Positions 17,677 to 20,408 of a stretch of DNA of 20,408 bases are shown here, piece after piece. Position 1 is the first letter of the stretch. Every line of letters begins with the position of its first letter. The position numbers and the translations under genes were made by a program. This DNA is from Calditrichia bacterium. GTDB lineage: Bacteria > Calditrichota > Calditrichia > RBG-13-44-9. The stretch spans positions 1-20,408 of the forward strand of contig JARRQT010000101.1 of NCBI GenBank assembly GCA_037381445.1, read 5' to 3'. The notes beneath the pieces are model-generated. The model worked only from the letters and a program-made list of their open reading frames with translations. It was not told the DNA's origin and made no database searches.

Positions 17677-19903
17677 ATGAAAAAGATTAGAGTCAGTGAA
17701 ATCCTGTTAATCGTTGGCCTGGTGCTGACAGGCTTGTCGTATGTAGCATGTGCGGGTGATAGCAAGGAAGCCCCGCTTGTGCTGCAGGCGCTTGACTATA
17801 CGGAGAATCCTGTTGATATTCCGAACCCGGACAGAGGCTTTGAAAGAGGCAATGACGACGCTGCCGGCCTAGGGGCCTTTATCCCTGACAGGCCGGGAGG
17901 TTCAAACTATTGGGGATATATGACGGTTCCGGCAAGCGCCAATACGATTTTAGGACAGCCCTTCAGGATGGCTTATGAAATGACCCCGCCGATTTATTTT
18001 GGCCCGGAAGGAGCAGGCCCCGACTATTGCAGCGTGCCCGTTGAACCCCGCATCGTTCAGTTCTACCTTGTCCTGAATGAATTTTCGTCGAATGCATGGT
18101 GCGACAGCTCCCCCGGTCATCCCGATGAGCATAACCGGGTAGGGGTGGACGGCCCCATAACAGACTACGGGCTTGAGTTCATAAGAAAACAACTTGAATT
18201 CATAAGAACCCACACCAACAGTGTCGCGCATATACGCGTTTGTTATGACCCGAAAGGCTGGAATCATTTCCTTTGGACTGCAGATAATCTTAATTATGAA
18301 GACGCCGGCCCCTCATCCGCCAATGAAAGATATTATTATAAGGCAGACTACGATAAACCTGTTGCGCCTGAAAATCGTGCCGCTCACATCGCCAAACCAG
18401 GCGCGGGCACCTGGAGAGGATCTTCGCCAATATTTAGAAAGTGTACCGTGCCCGGGTTTACAGATATGAATTGGGTACAGTATCATTATCATCAGCTTAA
18501 GCCCATTTTCGAGGAATACTCGGACGTTATCTGGGCATTTGACTCGGGCATTTTTGGTCCGTGGGGCGAAAGCCACTCAAATTATGATGCTGAAGTGCCG
18601 GGCAATTACAAGATCATTTTAGATGCACTGCTGGATGCGGTTCCCGATGGCAAACCGATCATGACGCATATTGGCGGGTTCCTGGAATGGTATAACCGCA
18701 CATACCATACGACTTATACCTTTGGCAACCTGGATTCCCTACCCGCCCCGGTACGCGGTACGCCGGAGGCGCGTTTCGGGATGTTCGACGATTCAAATGG
18801 CTGGTCGGCAGACGAATATTCTTATCGGGATGTTCGACGATTCAAATGGCTGGTCGGCAGACGAATATTCTTATGGTGACAACGGCTCATTAAGCGAAGG
18901 GTATAGAATGCTGGCGCATGATCCGATTCTGCCGGGATATAATCCGAAGGGAGTGGATCCGTCGCTAACGAGGCCCGGGGTATCACCGATTATCGGGTAT
19001 AATGATTCCGGAACCAACCGGCTCGTCGCCGTCCCGGAAAAGTTAGGTGATGCGCGGTGGCGCGGAGTCTATTTCATTGATTGGGATCGCACCAAGGTTA
19101 TGAACTTCCTCGGAAAGATGTCCGTCTATGGCGGTGAACAAATCTCCAAAGAGCCTGAATCCGGCACCAATGGAGGCTTTGTTCCTGTCGGCGAACGGGT
19201 AGGCAGCCCTTTCAACGACGTCATTTTGCGCTTTCCTTCCATGTTCTATGAACACAGTATTGCCAACCTGACTTATCTGTGTATGCAGCAGGGTCCGGGA
19301 AGCTTTAAGTCGAGGGCAGATTATCCCTATACACGGGAAAGCATTGATGTGAAGATAACGTACCCGTGGAATGGTAAAACAGTACAGGTTCTTTATGACC
19401 CGGTATATGAAGGCCAAAGCGCATTGGCCTATTACCGCGACAGGCTAGGCTACCGGCTGGTGCTGCGCGAGGCAAAGGCAAGTGAATGGGTAAAGCAGAA
19501 TGGCACCCTGATGTTCGAAGGGAAGATCCAGAACGTCGGCTGGGGTAAGGTTTTCAACAAAAAAGCCGTGAAGGTCATTCTGAAATCCAAATCCAATGGG
19601 TTTGTATCCAATGCGGTGCTGACGAACATCGACCCATATGATTGGCAGCCGGCTGAGGCGGGCCCGAATGGTGAAATGCCGGACTCCAGGGCAACCAATA
19701 CCAATGCATGGCGTGATCTGAACTTCTCGGTTAATATGGACGCATTTGGCAAGGTGGCCCCCGGTGACTATGATATTTACCTGAAGATCAATGACCCTAA
19801 AGAAAAAAGCGCCAACAAGCGCAGTATCCGGTTTGCGAATAAGGGAAACGGCTGGAACGCTGAGCTTGGAGCAAATTTAATTGGCTCGACGAAAGTGTTA
19901 TAG
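17677..19903 (+). pseudogene. DUF4874/DUF4832 paralogue 3, frameshifted by a 49-bp tandem duplication (725 aa if one copy is removed)
   Basis: ORF 17677..18879 carries NPDRGF/GPWGESH/FGMFDDS. ORF 18671..19903 repeats GMFDDSNGWSADEYSY and carries GGEQ/RLGYRLVL. 2227-49 = 2178 nt = 726 codons. Confidence 0.85.
18777..18874 (+). repeat. Perfect 2 x 49-bp tandem direct repeat
   Basis: CGGGATGTTCGACGATTCAAATGGCTGGTCGGCAGACGAATATTCTTAT at 18777-18825 and 18826-18874. Confidence 0.97.
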
Positions 19904-19967
19904 GCTGCATTCTCCTTTATCGGGCGAAAGTAAATAAATGGTAATCAGATAACATAAAGGCAACGTT

Positions 19968-20408
19968 ATGAACAGAAAAGAATTCTTAAAGACCGGCATG
20001 CTGGCAGCCGCGGCTTTCGGCGCCGCTCCGGTCCTGATGTCCCGGATTTCCGGGAATTTGTTATCGGCCGGCGAGCTCGACCAAAATAAACCCTGGATAC
20101 CCAAGGGCGGCCACACGATAGCGGATCTAAACGCGATAGTTGAAGAGTATTATGGTGATCCCGATGATGTCAGCGATGTGGGGCGCGCCCGTAAGATGCA
20201 GGCATTAATAATGGAGGTTGCCATCAGGGCGATGACCCGAAATCCGAACTTTCAGGTTATTCCCCAAGACACTTTGGAGTATGCCCATATAGACGGAAAT
20301 GCGGATAACGCATATGATTGGAATCTTCTTAACCTGCTCAATGGCTGGGGAATTGAAAATTTCAGCCCTAAGACGGTAAACAGGCTGGCAAACCTGTCCA
20401 GGGTTGGC
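19968..20408 (+). CDS. Partial gene (3' end outside window): Tat-type signal, GH114/TM1410-like endo-alpha-1,4-polygalactosaminidase-related protein
   Basis: Not in the ORF track because it has no stop in the window. Translates MNRKEFLKTGMLAAAAFGAAP...MQALIMEVAIRAMTRNPNFQVIPQD...LLNLLNGWGIENF, resembling the M..FV..I..YA...NP.F.IIPQN...IDG.G.E motif. The family call is tentative. Confidence 0.65.
   Translation, partial: MNRKEFLKTGMLAAAAFGAAPVLMSRISGNLLSAGELDQNKPWIPKGGHTIADLNAIVEEYYGDPDDVSDVGRARKMQALIMEVAIRAMTRNPNFQVIPQDTLEYAHIDGNADNAYDWNLLNLLNGWGIENFSPKTVNRLANLSRVG

Noticed and set aside
15859..17760. Cys in the leaders of paralogues 2 and 3 (NVAC, YVAC) as a lipobox
   Set aside because: The -3 residue is non-canonical. 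A-C-A|GD fits a signal peptidase I site and aligns with A-L-A|GR of paralogue 1, which has no Cys.
18671..19903. Separate 410-aa gene
   Set aside because: It is the C-terminal half of the gene starting at 17677, shifted by the 49-bp duplication. Its N-terminal ~50 aa are off-frame.
1..20408. CRISPR array, complete DGR (TR + RT), tRNA/rRNA
   Set aside because: No regularly spaced repeats, no reverse transcriptase ORF, no second copy of the 15660-15800 region and no structural RNA signatures noticed by eye.

Overview
Bacterial accessory region. The 'QNYPNPFNP' C-terminal sorting domains suggest an FCB-group organism such as Calditrichota, KSB1 or Ignavibacteria (inference). The left part (761-7272, minus strand) has three secreted repeat proteins with T9SS type-A-like tails: a beta-propeller-type repeat protein, an FG-GAP protein and an internally duplicated 15+15 LRR/Ig protein. 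The middle has a long, probably decayed intergenic stretch, an Ntn (choloylglycine hydrolase/penicillin V acylase-like) hydrolase, a truncated alpha/beta hydrolase, a YrhK-domain membrane protein and an IS21 istB remnant. At 11755-13388 is an integrase-less integron-like platform not shown by the ORF track: a near-consensus sigma70 promoter, an attI-like simple site and two AT-rich gene cassettes, each ending in a recognisable attC site. Directly after the last attC is a co-oriented cluster of three DUF4874/DUF4832 paralogues. The first carries an added DUF1566-like tail and the third is frameshifted by a perfect 49-bp tandem duplication. A Tat-type GH114/TM1410-like gene then runs off the window end. 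No rRNA, tRNA, CRISPR array or reverse transcriptase was seen. All family assignments come from motif recognition by eye, not from database searches.
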